This document shows, one piece after another, positions 14,250 to 25,696 of a DNA stretch of 64,000 nucleotides. The stretch covers positions 23,436,001-23,500,000 of the forward strand of contig OX597835.1 in NCBI GenBank assembly GCA_951406725.2. The letters run 5' to 3'. A program made the translations under genes and the position numbers. Source of the stretch: Octopus vulgaris. Taxonomy: Eukaryota. Positions within the stretch are counted from its first letter, which is position 1. Each line of letters opens with the position of its first letter. Below the pieces are notes generated by a model, which ran no database searches, was not told the DNA's origin, and was given only the letters and a program-made list of their open reading frames with translations.

Positions 14250-14487
14250 TATATATATATATATATATATATACATGTGTGTGTATATATTTGTATATAT
14301 ATTTATAGGCACAGGCATGGCTGTGTGATAGGAAGCTTGCTTCCCAACCACATGATTCCAGGTTCAATCCCACTGTGTGGCACCTTGGGCAAGTGTCATT
14401 AACTTTAGCTTCAGACCGACCAAACGTAAAGAAGCCCATCATATATATATACGTTTGGTTGGCCCAATGCTAAAGTTGATATATATA

Positions 14488-14745
14488 CAGGGGTTGGCCA
14501 AAATAATGGAAACACGTTAAAATTTGAAACAAATCTATTTTAATATGGGGTAGGACTGCCTTTGGCAGTAATTACAGCTTGAATTCTTCAAGGTATGGAC
14601 TCGTACAAAGTTTGAATTGTTTCCAAAGGAATTTATGTCCATTCTTCAGCTAAAACAGTCTCCAGTAATGATGGTGGAGGATATCAACTCCTTACTTGTT
14701 TTTCTAAAATGCACCATAAATGTCCACTAATATTGAGATCTGGGA
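14488..14745 (-). mobile_element. Tc1 element 3' end with TIR
   Basis: TA|CAGGGGTTGGCCAAAATAATGGAAACAC terminus. Minus strand reads PDLNISGHLWCILEKQVR...LYESIP*RIQAVITAKGSPTPY* (Tc1 SPDLN and C-terminal motifs). Confidence 0.82.
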
Positions 14746-14749
14746 AGGT

Positions 14750-15200
14750 GGCAAGCTTGCAGAAATGAAGCTAGGATACATTTCTCACAATAATGTACGG
14801 GTTCCTCACAAAATCTCAGAAAGTAATTGCTTAGACCGGTATTCCATTTGTGATATGCTGTTGAAACAGAACGAAAGCATGCCTTTTTTAAAACAACTTG
14901 TGACTGGAGATGAAAAATGGATTGTGTACGAAAACATAGTGTAAAAGAGATCCTGGAGCTTGCACAAGGATGCTCTAAAACAGCAACCAAAGATGAATAT
15001 CCATGCCAAAAAAAACTATGCTTTGTGTTTGGTGGGATCATAAAGACATTATTTATTATGGGCCTCTCCCACAAAACCAGACCCTTAATTCTGATGTGCA
15101 GTAAGTTCAAGTGAAAGAGACCAGACACAGTATTATCGAAACTGCATGGTCCAATTAATCCTTTTGATGACAAACCACACCCATACTGTAAATTCTAGCA
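14750..15200 (+). mobile_element. Mariner transposase fragment
   Basis: RVPHKISESNCLDRYSICDMLLKQNESMPFLKQLVTGDEKWIVYEN (WVPHEL and TGDEKW motifs), then frameshifts and stops. Confidence 0.88.
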
Positions 15201-15217
15201 AATTTGCATGATGTTCT

Positions 15218-15548
15218 GTGAAGGTGCATGGCTTAGTGGTTAGAGTTTTGGGCTCACAATCATGAGGTAGTGAGTTCAATTCCCAGACCAGGTTGTGTGT
15301 TGTGTTCTTGAGCAAGACACTTTATTTCACGTTGCTCCAGTTCACTCAGCTGTAGAAATGAGTTGTGACGTCACTGGTGCCAAGCCTTTATCTTTCCATG
15401 GGACAATATCAGTGATATGGAGAGAGGAGCTTGGTGTGCATGAGCAACTGATGGTCTTCCATAAACAACCTTGCTCGGACTTATGTCTTGGAGTGTAACT
15501 TTTTTAGGTGCAATCCCATGGTCATTGAAGACCAAAGGATGCCTTTAG
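15218..15548 (+). mobile_element. tRNA-headed SINE family E (CORE-like central domain)
   Basis: ggtgcatggcttagtggttag...gttcaattccc head, then gtgttcttgagcaagacactt. Minus-strand copies at ~2255-2594, 24572-24877, 32016-32347. Confidence 0.75.
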
Positions 15549-16209
15549 CATATATGTATATACACAAGCGGATGCACACATGCACACACATGCATTATAA
15601 TCATCATTATCTTACATAATTTCACGCAAGCTTGAGTTGAATAATAGGTCTCCACACACTCAACAAATTATTTGGATTACTGCCTTCCAAGCCACCTCAC
15701 TTCTCCAGGCTATTATTTAATGGTTTCTACAGATGGAGGCTCTTCTAAGCATTAACCACTTCACAACTTGTACCAGAAGCATTTTATAGTGGTACCAGCA
15801 TTAGAAACACTGTCATATCTTCAACAAGACAAGACTAAAAGTTTTCCATGACCCTGCATTGTCTCTGCTCATTCACCAACCACTTGACAGGGTGTACTGG
15901 CCGCATTCTTGTAAGGCACCAGCACTAGTGAGGTTCCCATAACATCAGCATCAGGATCAACCCTATGGACATTACTGTCACTTGTGAGTTTGAATCATGT
16001 GACTCACAGGGCCAGTTACTCTGTTTCCATGGTGGACAAGTTACCAAGACCACAACATACCTCCCACACTAAACTGAATGCAGGTCCATGACAGGGGCAC
16101 ACTCACTTACAGCTGGGTGGGCTGTGAGCAATGTGAAATGAAGTGTTTTGATTATTAACACAATGCATCACTTGATCCAGGAATTGAAGCCACAATCTTG
16201 AGACAGATG

Positions 16210-17327
16210 TTATAAAACAAGAAGATGGAATGAGCAAACTTTAATCACAAATCGCAACAATTGTTTCTGTGCATTGGTAACAGCTTAAAATAGAATATGA
16301 TATTGTAGTGTACCTGCTGGATTATCTCAGGGCTAAACATAAACTGCTAGGAAGGGATGAAGCAGACAGCCACGACGCATGCGCAAAACACAACAGCCCC
16401 TAACGGAAGTCATGAAAGGCTTATAAGGAGCCAGACTGATACAAGTCTTCCTCTTTCCTTTTGGGCACTCACTGCCCATAGCTAGGGCTGCTAGCTCTTT
16501 CTTGCCACTTCAGTGCCCTGCACGTGGTGTCGCAATACCTCTCTCACAGCAGGTACTTTCAGATGATATATTCACGTGCTCTATTTTTGTTTATACAGTT
16601 CATGCCAGAATGCCACAAAAGCTTACAACACATCTCCAACTGAACAAAAATTGTTATATTTACTGAGAGTTAATTTTTCATTTATACGCAGCCATTGCCT
16701 AATCAGTAGATCGCCAAGCTAAACAATCACAACAAACATATCTTTATATATAAAAGTGAGGTTGTGTGCTCTCTGTCTCCTACGATTTAGATTCCTAACT
16801 ACTCCCACATTTTGCGGTGCAGTTTAACCAAAACCAGGTATCTTATAGTCGTGATTCATATCGAACCCTTCTGGGTATTAGCGCGCGTCTACGATGAGTC
16901 TATGATTTTAAAAATAATTTACCATCATTTTTTTCCATTTTAATGCATTTTTTCGCTATTATATAAGGAAAGTAACTCTCTAAAAATGTCTACGATGAGT
17001 CAACGATTTAAAAAAAATTTACCATAATTTCTTTTCCATTTTTAATGCATTTTTTTGGCTATAACTCTCTAACAAGGCTTTATAGTTATTTCCCTTACAA
17101 ACCCGAGCAACGCCGGGCGATACTGCTAGTACTTGCTAAAATATAAAACAATAGGAAACTGGATGTGATCCAGCAGTGCTCTCAAAGCCACTCTCCTGAT
17201 GACGTGTGGGTACACAGCTGCTGGTATAACATTGAAAACTCTGCAGCTAACAGCTGTTACAAATGCAAAGAAACAATTGTTGTGATTTGTGATCAAAGCT
17301 TGTTTATTCTATCTTTTTGTTTTATAA
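16210..17327. mobile_element. Element bounded by ~76-bp inverted repeats (possible Penelope-like remnant), with a nested Helitron
   Basis: 16210-16285 is an imperfect reverse complement of 17251-17327; CTGATGA...GAAACAATTGTT core overlaps the right repeat. Confidence 0.5.
16741..17129 (+). mobile_element. Non-autonomous Helitron
   Basis: Inserted between A and T; 5' TCTTTATATATAAAA, 3' hairpin cccgagcaacgccggg, then CTAG terminus; internal partial tandem duplication. Confidence 0.88.
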
Positions 17328-18871
17328 ATTTATTGAAATCAAATTCGATGACTGGCATCCGTGCTAGTGGAGCACTAAGAGTACCATCTGAGCGTGATCG
17401 TTGCCAGAGCAGCTGACTGGCTTCTGTGCTGGTGGCACGTAAAAGGCACCATTCAAGCGTGATCGTTACCTGCGTCACCTTACTGGCACTGGTGCTGGAG
17501 GCACGTGAAAAAACATTTCAGCGAGGTCGTTACCAGTGTCGCGGGACTGGCGCCTGTGCAAGTGGCACATAAAAAGCACCATTTGAGCATGGCTGTACCG
17601 CCTGACTGGCCCTCATGCCGGTGGAACGTAAAAGCACCCGCTACACACTCAGAGTGATTGGCGTTAGGAATGGCATCAAGCAGTATAAACTCTGCCAGAT
17701 CAGATTGGAGTCTGATGCAGCCATCTGGTTCGCCAGACCTCAGTCAAATCGTCCAACCCATGCCAGCATGGAAAGCGGACGTTAAACGATGATGATGATG
17801 ATGATATGTCATCATCATCTTCATGAAGCATCTATTTTCCATGCTGGCATAGGTTAGACTGTAAGTCTGTTTCGGCATGGATTCCATGGTCGGATGTCCT
17901 TCCTAACGCCAACCACTTTACAGAGTGTACTGAATGCGTTTTACGTGTCACCGACATGGTACCCCTTTTATGTGTCATCGGCACGGGTACCTTTTACGTG
18001 TCACCACCACTGGCCACGACTACGATTTCATTTAGCTTGACGTGTCTTCTCGAGCAGAGCAAATCGCCAGAAATCTCGGTCAGTTGTCATCGCCTCCGTG
18101 AGACTCAGCTACCGAAGATCATATTTTATTTCACCACCTCGTCTCTCGTCTTCCTGGGTGAACGCCACATTTGTAGGTGAATCATAATCGAGTGCTGTTA
18201 GTACTCAACGGTTTCATGCAGCTAAATTTCGCAATTATAACACCGTAGTTTGAATAATATTGGCAACTCATCCATTTTTCTAATGCTAAATGGGAACGTG
18301 ACATCAAACAAGATTTTATATAGGGAAAGATGGCGCGAAAGCCAGTGGGTTAATTTTATGAGTAAAGGGAAACAATCATTCAGGGATTGTTGTATTGGTT
18401 ACTTCCCTTGCATTGTATACGTTTGCTAATCGAGGGTAATTTGATGAGAGTGGGAAGGAAAGCGCGGGAAAGGGAGAAAGAGAGGACAAATCAAATATAA
18501 AATATTATATACTTTGAAAGGTGTCGAACGGGCAAAATCATTAGCACGCCAGACAACATCTTTAGCATTTCTTCCAGCATTTCTTTAGCATTTCTTACAT
18601 TCCGAGTTCAAATCCCACTGTGGTCGACTTTCCTTTTCATCCTTTCGGGACTCAATAAAGTTATGTACTAGGATCGATATCACCGACTGGCCCTTTTCCC
18701 CTAAAATTTCAGGCCTTGTCTCTATAATAGACAGAATAATATAATTTTGCAATTCTTACGATACCGCCTGAGAATATGTACTGGTATGCGTATATACACA
18801 ACTATACGCGAATGTTTTATTAAGAAACTATATCGTCGTCGTCGATTTTATCTTGTATCCAAGTATTTATT

Positions 18872-19287
18872 GGATCTTTTCGGTTTGAACGGCAGTTTTT
18901 TCTAGCGGTGTCATATGAAATTGTCACCCATAATTATGACCTTAGTGTCGATCCATTGCATTTCAATCTGTTTTAGGGTTAGGGGTGGGGGGAAGGGTAT
19001 CTTTTTTTTCTTCAGAAATGTAAATAAACCCAATCTGTTTCTTAAACGAGGGACATTTTCATACGGCACAGAATGTTTTTTACCTCAATAGACGTCATTG
19101 ATTGGTTGAAATTGCAGAAATTGAAGAAGAAAAAAAACAACAAATATCTTACAAACTATAGAATTTTCTCAATAAAGCCAAGAGAAAAAGATGTTTTATA
19201 AATGCATTCTACCAGTATAAGAAGTTTAAAAGTGTTTAGTTACGTGGAAATTATTTTAAAAAACTGCCGTTCAAACCGAAAAGATCC
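18872..19287. mobile_element. MITE with GGATCTTTTC... TIRs and 9-bp TSD (MULE- or Merlin-like)
   Basis: Perfect TIR ggatcttttcggtttgaacggcagttttt; TSD gtatttatt on both sides; internal ttagggttagggg. Confidence 0.88.
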
Positions 19288-21782
19288 GTATTTATTTTCT
19301 TCTTTGCTGAACGTTTGCCTTATGGTGATGTCGGTGTCTCTGTAGACTAATTCTTGCATAGAAGAACCAATGGCAATGTTGGTGGGAGAGGAGGGGGATT
19401 TTTGTCGAGGCTTTCTCACCTGTCATTTGATTTCTTTCTTTTCTCTTCTAGTGGCTTCGAAGTCTTTGGTTCCAGTGGTGATGGAACGCTGCCACTTGTT
19501 ACGGTCTCATGCTTGTGTTTCAAATGATTTAGGCTCAATTCCAGTGGTTTTTAGAGATGCTTTAAGTTAGTCCTTCTATCTTCAAAGAAGACAAACCAGT
19601 GGTCTTCTTACCGAAGTGACATAAACACACCAACATCGGTTGTCAAACGATGGGGGTGGGGGACAACACAGACACAAAGACACACGCACACATAAATATA
19701 TATATTTCTTCGAGAAGAAACCTAACTTCAAGTTACTTTTTACAGATCACTTTTGACAAGTTTTCTAAACCTGAGAAAAGTGAGTAGGGGTTCCAATTTT
19801 GATTTTGCACCCCCAAAGAAGTTTTAGGTGGCATGCTTGCACCTTCTGTTCCTGTGCCCATGTATATGAGAATTGCAAGTGTGTGATTGACTGTGGAGAA
19901 ATGGTTGTATATATGCGGATAGTACAGTGATACTTCGCATGATTGAGCTCATCCTACTATTTACTCGTTTTACAAATCAATTTTCCCCATTGAAATTAAC
20001 TAAAAATATAATTAATCCATTCCAGCCCCAACAAAAACCACTCAAAATAATTGTTTTATGGGTTTTAAAACAGAAAAGGTGTAATTACAAGTAAAATGAC
20101 AATTATAAAGAAGAGAATGCAAAAGAAATATGTAAACTGGTTTTATTAACTGAATTACCTTAAAGATGGGACGATTTGTGTGCTCGTACTGCAGATTTCC
20201 GCTTGTACTTCAAGACAAAAATTCCTATGAGTCTCAGCTCATGCAACAATTTTCTGGTACAATGGGGCACTTGTACTGTGAGGTTCTACTGTATGTGCTT
20301 TTCATTATTCTGTTGAAGACTTTTGAATTTTGGTATATTTCTAAGTATGCAAGTATTAATTAAATATACATAATGGCCATATACAAGATCCAGTTTTAGC
20401 AGCATTTAGTAAAGAAGGCATGTAATTCTTGAGTCAGAAGTTCACCATGTATAAAAATCAATGTGTAGCAATGCATCATATAAACAATTGAAGAAGAACA
20501 ATATTAATTGCTTATTCATGGCCATTTATTTATATGGTTATAGCAGTGTGTTGTCCAACAGATAATGGTGTTACCACTCTATCAGTACCTGACAGAAGGA
20601 AGAAAGAAGAAAAATAGATGTGCTTTTGGCAGGTGCTGAATAACCAAAAGAAAAAAGATTAGTTGCTGTTACATTTTTATATTCTTTGCAGCTAAACAAA
20701 GGATTTTTCCTCTCTAATCAGCTTTGTCCAATGAATTGAATGCCTTGAGAATGACAAGGAGATCTGCTTATTCTCATAAATTTCCTTGCGCAACAGCCAA
20801 AAACAATAGGCCAAGGACTTGTCAGAACTGTGGATTCAATTTTGGTAGCTGCTGATGACCACACACCCACACCCACACACACACAATTTATAGGAACCGT
20901 TTTATTAACTTCAACCTGTATGAAGTTTCATTACCTTCCTACATTTACTCCAGTTGGCAACATCTTTGCTTTTTTTCCATCCATATCATACAGCATTATA
21001 ACTTTTCCACGTCATAGCCACATAGCTTCATCTCTTCCTCCAGTTCCTAAGTACTACCAAATTATTTTGAACTCAATTTTCCCTCCTCACTCCCACTGCA
21101 TCTACAAACATGTCACTCACTCATCACATTTTTTTCCATTTTTTGTGAAACATTCTGAGTTCACTGATTTTCTTTTTTGAAAAAAAAAAGCAAAACTAAG
21201 AAAGTATAACTCTGACACAAAATAATTGTTGTCAACATAATTTTTAATCACCTCTGTCATTATTTATTCTCTCATTAATCAGAATAATGTATTTATGACA
21301 TTATAGCCTTTAGCATAGCTTCTGACTGAGGTCATATTTACTGTATTTTAATATGTATAAAGAACCCTTGTAAATAAGGAACCTCCTAATTTGGGGGCTT
21401 AAAATTTAGAAAAAAGATTTTGTAAGGGATTATAACATTAGCCATGTATAAGAAACACCCATATTTTTTTAGCCTAGTTTTTGACAAAAATGGATTCTTT
21501 ATACTTGTTAAATACTGTACATCTATTTTCAATGTATAGATGCTCTGTCTATTAAAGTATCTCTTATAGACCATGAAATGAAACTCAGCAAAACAGATAA
21601 GAGATAAATTTCCTCTAGTATGAGGGCACATGGCCAAGTGTTCGTAATTGCAAGATTGTGATTTCAGGTTCCAGACTGGGAGGTGCATTATGTTCTTGAG
21701 CAAAACACTTCATTTCACATAGCTCCTGCCCACTCAGCTGTTTTTGAGTGAGCCTATAACAGACTGGGTATATATGTATATA

Positions 21783-21826
<44 letters not shown>

Positions 21827-22801
21827 CAGCCTTGCCTGGCTCCCGTGCCAGTGGCACGTAAAAAGTACCGTCCGACCATGGCCGTTTGCCAGCCCCTTCT
21901 GGCAGCTGTACCGGTGGCACGTAAAAGCATCCACTACACTCTCGAAGTGGTTGGCGTTAGGAAGGGCATCCAGGCGTAGAAACATTGCCAGATCAGACTG
22001 GGCCTGATGCAGCCTTCTGGCTTCCCAGACCCCAGTTGAACCGTCCAACCCATGCTAGCATGGAAAGTGGATGCTAAATGATGATGATGATGATGATACG
22101 ACAGGCTTCTTTCAGTTTCCATCTACCAAATTCACTCACAAGGCTTTGGTCAGCCTGAGGCTATAGTAGAAGACACTTGCCCAAGGTGCCACGCAGTAGG
22201 ACTGAACCCAGAACCATGTGGTTGGTAAGCAAGCTACTTACCACACAGCCACACCTGCGCCTGTGTGAATGTTTATTTTTAGAATGACATTGCAGGATAA
22301 ACGTGAGAAGCCAAATCCAGCCGTTTTGAACTTAAAACACATAGAATATTCGGGCCGGATATGACCTGGTTTAAATGCCAAAGTGTTAAGGGCAGCTCCC
22401 AAGTGGGATGCACTTAAATAACATCATTGGTTTATTTGTCTCATTGGGTGCGTAGAACACAAGAGAAACTACTAATCTGACAAGTGGACAATCACAAAGC
22501 CACGAAGCAAAAATGATAACAACAACAGCACAAACAACATTAATAGGAACGTTGGGAAAAAAAGGAAAGAAAACAATAGTTAGGATTGGATGCGAGGGGT
22601 GGGGGGTGGAGTTGGGAGAATGTTCATGTGATGAAAACTGATTTAATCAACTGACCTCTTGAAACCTTCGTTAGTGGCATTCTCAGAATGTTAGCAATAA
22701 GTGGAATTTGTGGCTGAGGTTGCAGGTCAAGGATTAGACTTGGTAGTCATTTCAGAAGGTCCTCTTCCTCCTACACACCACCACCACCACCACCACCACC
22801 G

Positions 22802-22837
<36 letters not shown>

Positions 22838-23252
22838 CATCTCCTCCTCTTCTCCATCCACGTCCCTCTTTCTCCTTGACACTCTTCCTCTTTCACATCC
22901 CTCCTCCTTTCTCTTTTCCTCCTACTCCACACTCCAATCCCCCACCACAACCTTCACACTCCTCCTCCTCCTCCTCCCTCACTTTCCGTTGTTGTTTTTC
23001 TCCCTCTTTTTCCTCTTCTTCCTTCTCTCCCTCCCTCTTGTTTGTCATTCTTTCTCTCCCCCCTTCCTCCCCTCCTCCCCTCCTTGCATTTGCCATTGGT
23101 CTACAGGACAGACAGACAGATGCAACTTCAACTTTTCGTCTTCCAGTTGTATAGCTAACCCCCACCTCACCTTTGTGTCCTACTAACGTTCTAAAACAAC
23201 TTTGAATTCAGACCAATTTCATAAAACTGCTTTTTTATTTTGATATATTAAC

Positions 23253-23287
<35 letters not shown>

Positions 23288-24250
23288 TATCATCATCATC
23301 GTCGTCGTTGTCATCATCATCGTCATCATTTAGCACCCATTTTCCATGCTGGCATGGGTTAGACGGTTTGACTGAAAACTGGTAAGGTGGAGAGCCTCAC
23401 CAGGTTCTAGTTTGATTCGGCATAGTTTCTATGGCTTGACGACGCCCTTCCTAATACCAACCATTTTACAGATTGTAATGGGTGTTTCTTACGTGCCACC
23501 AGCACGAGTACCAGTTACGTGGCACTGACATTGGCCACAACTGCAGTTTCGCTTGGTTTGACATGTCTTCTCAAGCACAGCATTAAATAAAATTAAATAT
23601 TTCACAAACAGCTTTATTAAAGATTGCTCCCTAAATCTATTCATGGAATTTTTTGTCTCAAAACTATTCTAATTGCAGGTAAGTACAGGTAAAATATATC
23701 ATATAAAGATTATTTACTCTTTTACTCTTTTACTTGTTTCAGTCATTTGACTGCGGCCATGCTGGAGCACCGCCTTTAGTCGAGCAAATCGACCCCGGGA
23801 CTTATTCTATCGGTCTCTTTTGCCGAACCGCTAAGTGACGGGGATGTAAACACACCAGCATCGGTTGTCAAGCAATGCTAGGGAGACAAACACAGACACA
23901 CAAACATACATATATATATATACATATATACGACAAGCTTCTTTCAGTTTCCATCTATCAAATCCACTCACAAGGCATTGGTTGGCCCGGGGCTATAGCA
24001 GAAGACATTTGGCCAAGATGCCACGCAGTGGGACTGAACCCGGAACCATGTGGTTGGTTAGCAAGCTACTTACCACACTCCTGCGCCTTTATTTATTTAT
24101 ATTTTGCTTAAACCTTACTGTAGAAAATGAGTTATTAGACTGATATCATATACATCAAGGTGCAGATATGGCCGAGTGGTAAAAAGTTTGCTTCCTGACC
24201 GATAGGCTTTGGGTTCAGTCCTAATGCATGGCTAATGGGTATGTGTCTCC

Positions 24251-25186
24251 GGATCTTTTCCTTTTGAAGGCCAGATTTCAACACAATTTCTAATTAACAA
24301 AACACTTTAAAACTTCGTATACTGGTAGAATGTGTCAAAAGAAAACATTATTTTCACTTGGCTTTCTTGATAAATTTGTAATTCGTTTGTTTAACGTAGT
24401 TTAATTTTTCGAATTTTAACCAATCCTATGCTCTCTTTTGAGTTAAAATCATTTGTTGCATCTAAAACTGAGACAACATCGTCCTACTATTGGGACAATA
24501 GTAGGAGCCTTGTGAGTGGATTTGGTAGATGGAAAATGAAAGAAGCCTGTTGTGTGTGTGTGTATGTATATGTAAAAGACCCCCTTCGATCATGACTGAT
24601 CATGAGATTGCACCTAGAAAGTTCCGAGGCACAAGTCCGGGCATATATACCAGCATCCCCTCTCCACACCACTGATGTTATCCTAGGGAAAGGCAAAAGC
24701 TGAGAGAGCAAGGCTCCAGTGACGTCACAGCTCATTCCTACAGCTGAGTGAACTGGAGCAACGTGAAATAAAGTGCCTTGCTCAGGAACACAACATGCAG
24801 CCAAGTCCAGAAGTTGAACTCACAACCTCACAATTGTAAGTCTGATGCTGTAACCACTGAGCCACCATGTGCCTTCACTATAAAATACATTTTTATATAT
24901 ACTAGGAAGTTGATTGTTATGGCTGGTCAGAGAGTGACTATTGGGTTTGCACCTATAAAGCCCGTTGGGCATATAGGCAACTTGTGAGACTCAACTCACC
25001 AAAGGCACATAACCTCTCTAATGCAAGAAATTAAACAACAAATTGCTTCCAAACTACAGAATTTTCTCAAGAAAGCCAAGAGAAAAAGATGTTTTATGTA
25101 ACACATTCTACCGGTATACGAAGTTTAAAAGTGTTTAGTTACAAAGAAATCATTAAAAAAATCTGCCTGTCAAAGCGAAAAGATCC
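24251..25186. mobile_element. Degenerate GGATC-TIR MITE with nested SINEs, ending ~400 bp upstream of the PRIM1 ATG
   Basis: Ends ggatcttttccttttgaag and caaagcgaaaagatcc; arms match the 46607-47242 element; no TSD visible. Confidence 0.65.
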
Positions 25187-25536
25187 GAAATTGGTTGTGT
25201 AGTTCTCAAGTTTTAGGGATTCACACAGACAGACAGACATTCTCAGTTTTATATATATAGATACACATATATGACATGCTTCCACACAGTTTCCGCCTAT
25301 CAAATTCATACATATCGAACGAGTCAACTCGGGGTAATAAATAAAAGGCACTTGTCCCAGGTGTCGTGCAGTAAGCCTGAACTCGAAACTACCCGATTGC
25401 AAAGCAAACTCCTTAAGTTACACACACACATTTATATAAATATGTGTGTTTTTCGGCATGTATGAATGTAGGTCTATTAGTGCGTGTGCGTATAAATATT
25501 ATTTTTTTCACGTCTTACCGTAAACGGAACTAGAAT

Positions 25537-25552
25537 AATTTGGCGCCAAATT
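25537..25552. promoter_or_regulatory. Palindromic E2F-type site upstream of PRIM1
   Basis: AATTTGGCGCCAAATT (TTTGGCGC on both strands) about 35 nt before the ATG of a DNA-replication gene. Confidence 0.65.
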
Positions 25553-25584
25553 TCACCGTACCAGTGAATACAACAAACTTAATA

Positions 25585-25696
25585 ATGCCAACCAAAAGCA
25601 CATACGATCCTGAGATTTTACCAAATTTATTGTCAGCTTATTACAAATATCTTTTTCCATTTAATCCCTATTGTACATGGCTTCGATACGGTGTCG
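25585..25696 (+). CDS. PRIM1: PRIM1 exon 1
   Basis: [37 protein letters not shown] followed by donor G|GTAAGT (phase 1). Confidence 0.93.

Noticed and set aside
20150-20830. Possible exon or decayed piggyBac transposase on the minus strand
   Set aside because: Only faint motif resemblance, with many stops; no consistent frame or recognisable protein.
22650-22735. Loose hairpin with TGACCT/AGGTCA ends (miRNA or nuclear-receptor element?)
   Set aside because: Pairing is too imperfect and no known mature miRNA was recognised.
25540-25584. N-terminal extension of PRIM1 from the TTG start given in the ORF track
   Set aside because: Non-ATG start overlapping the E2F motif; homology to PRIM1 begins at the ATG at 25585.
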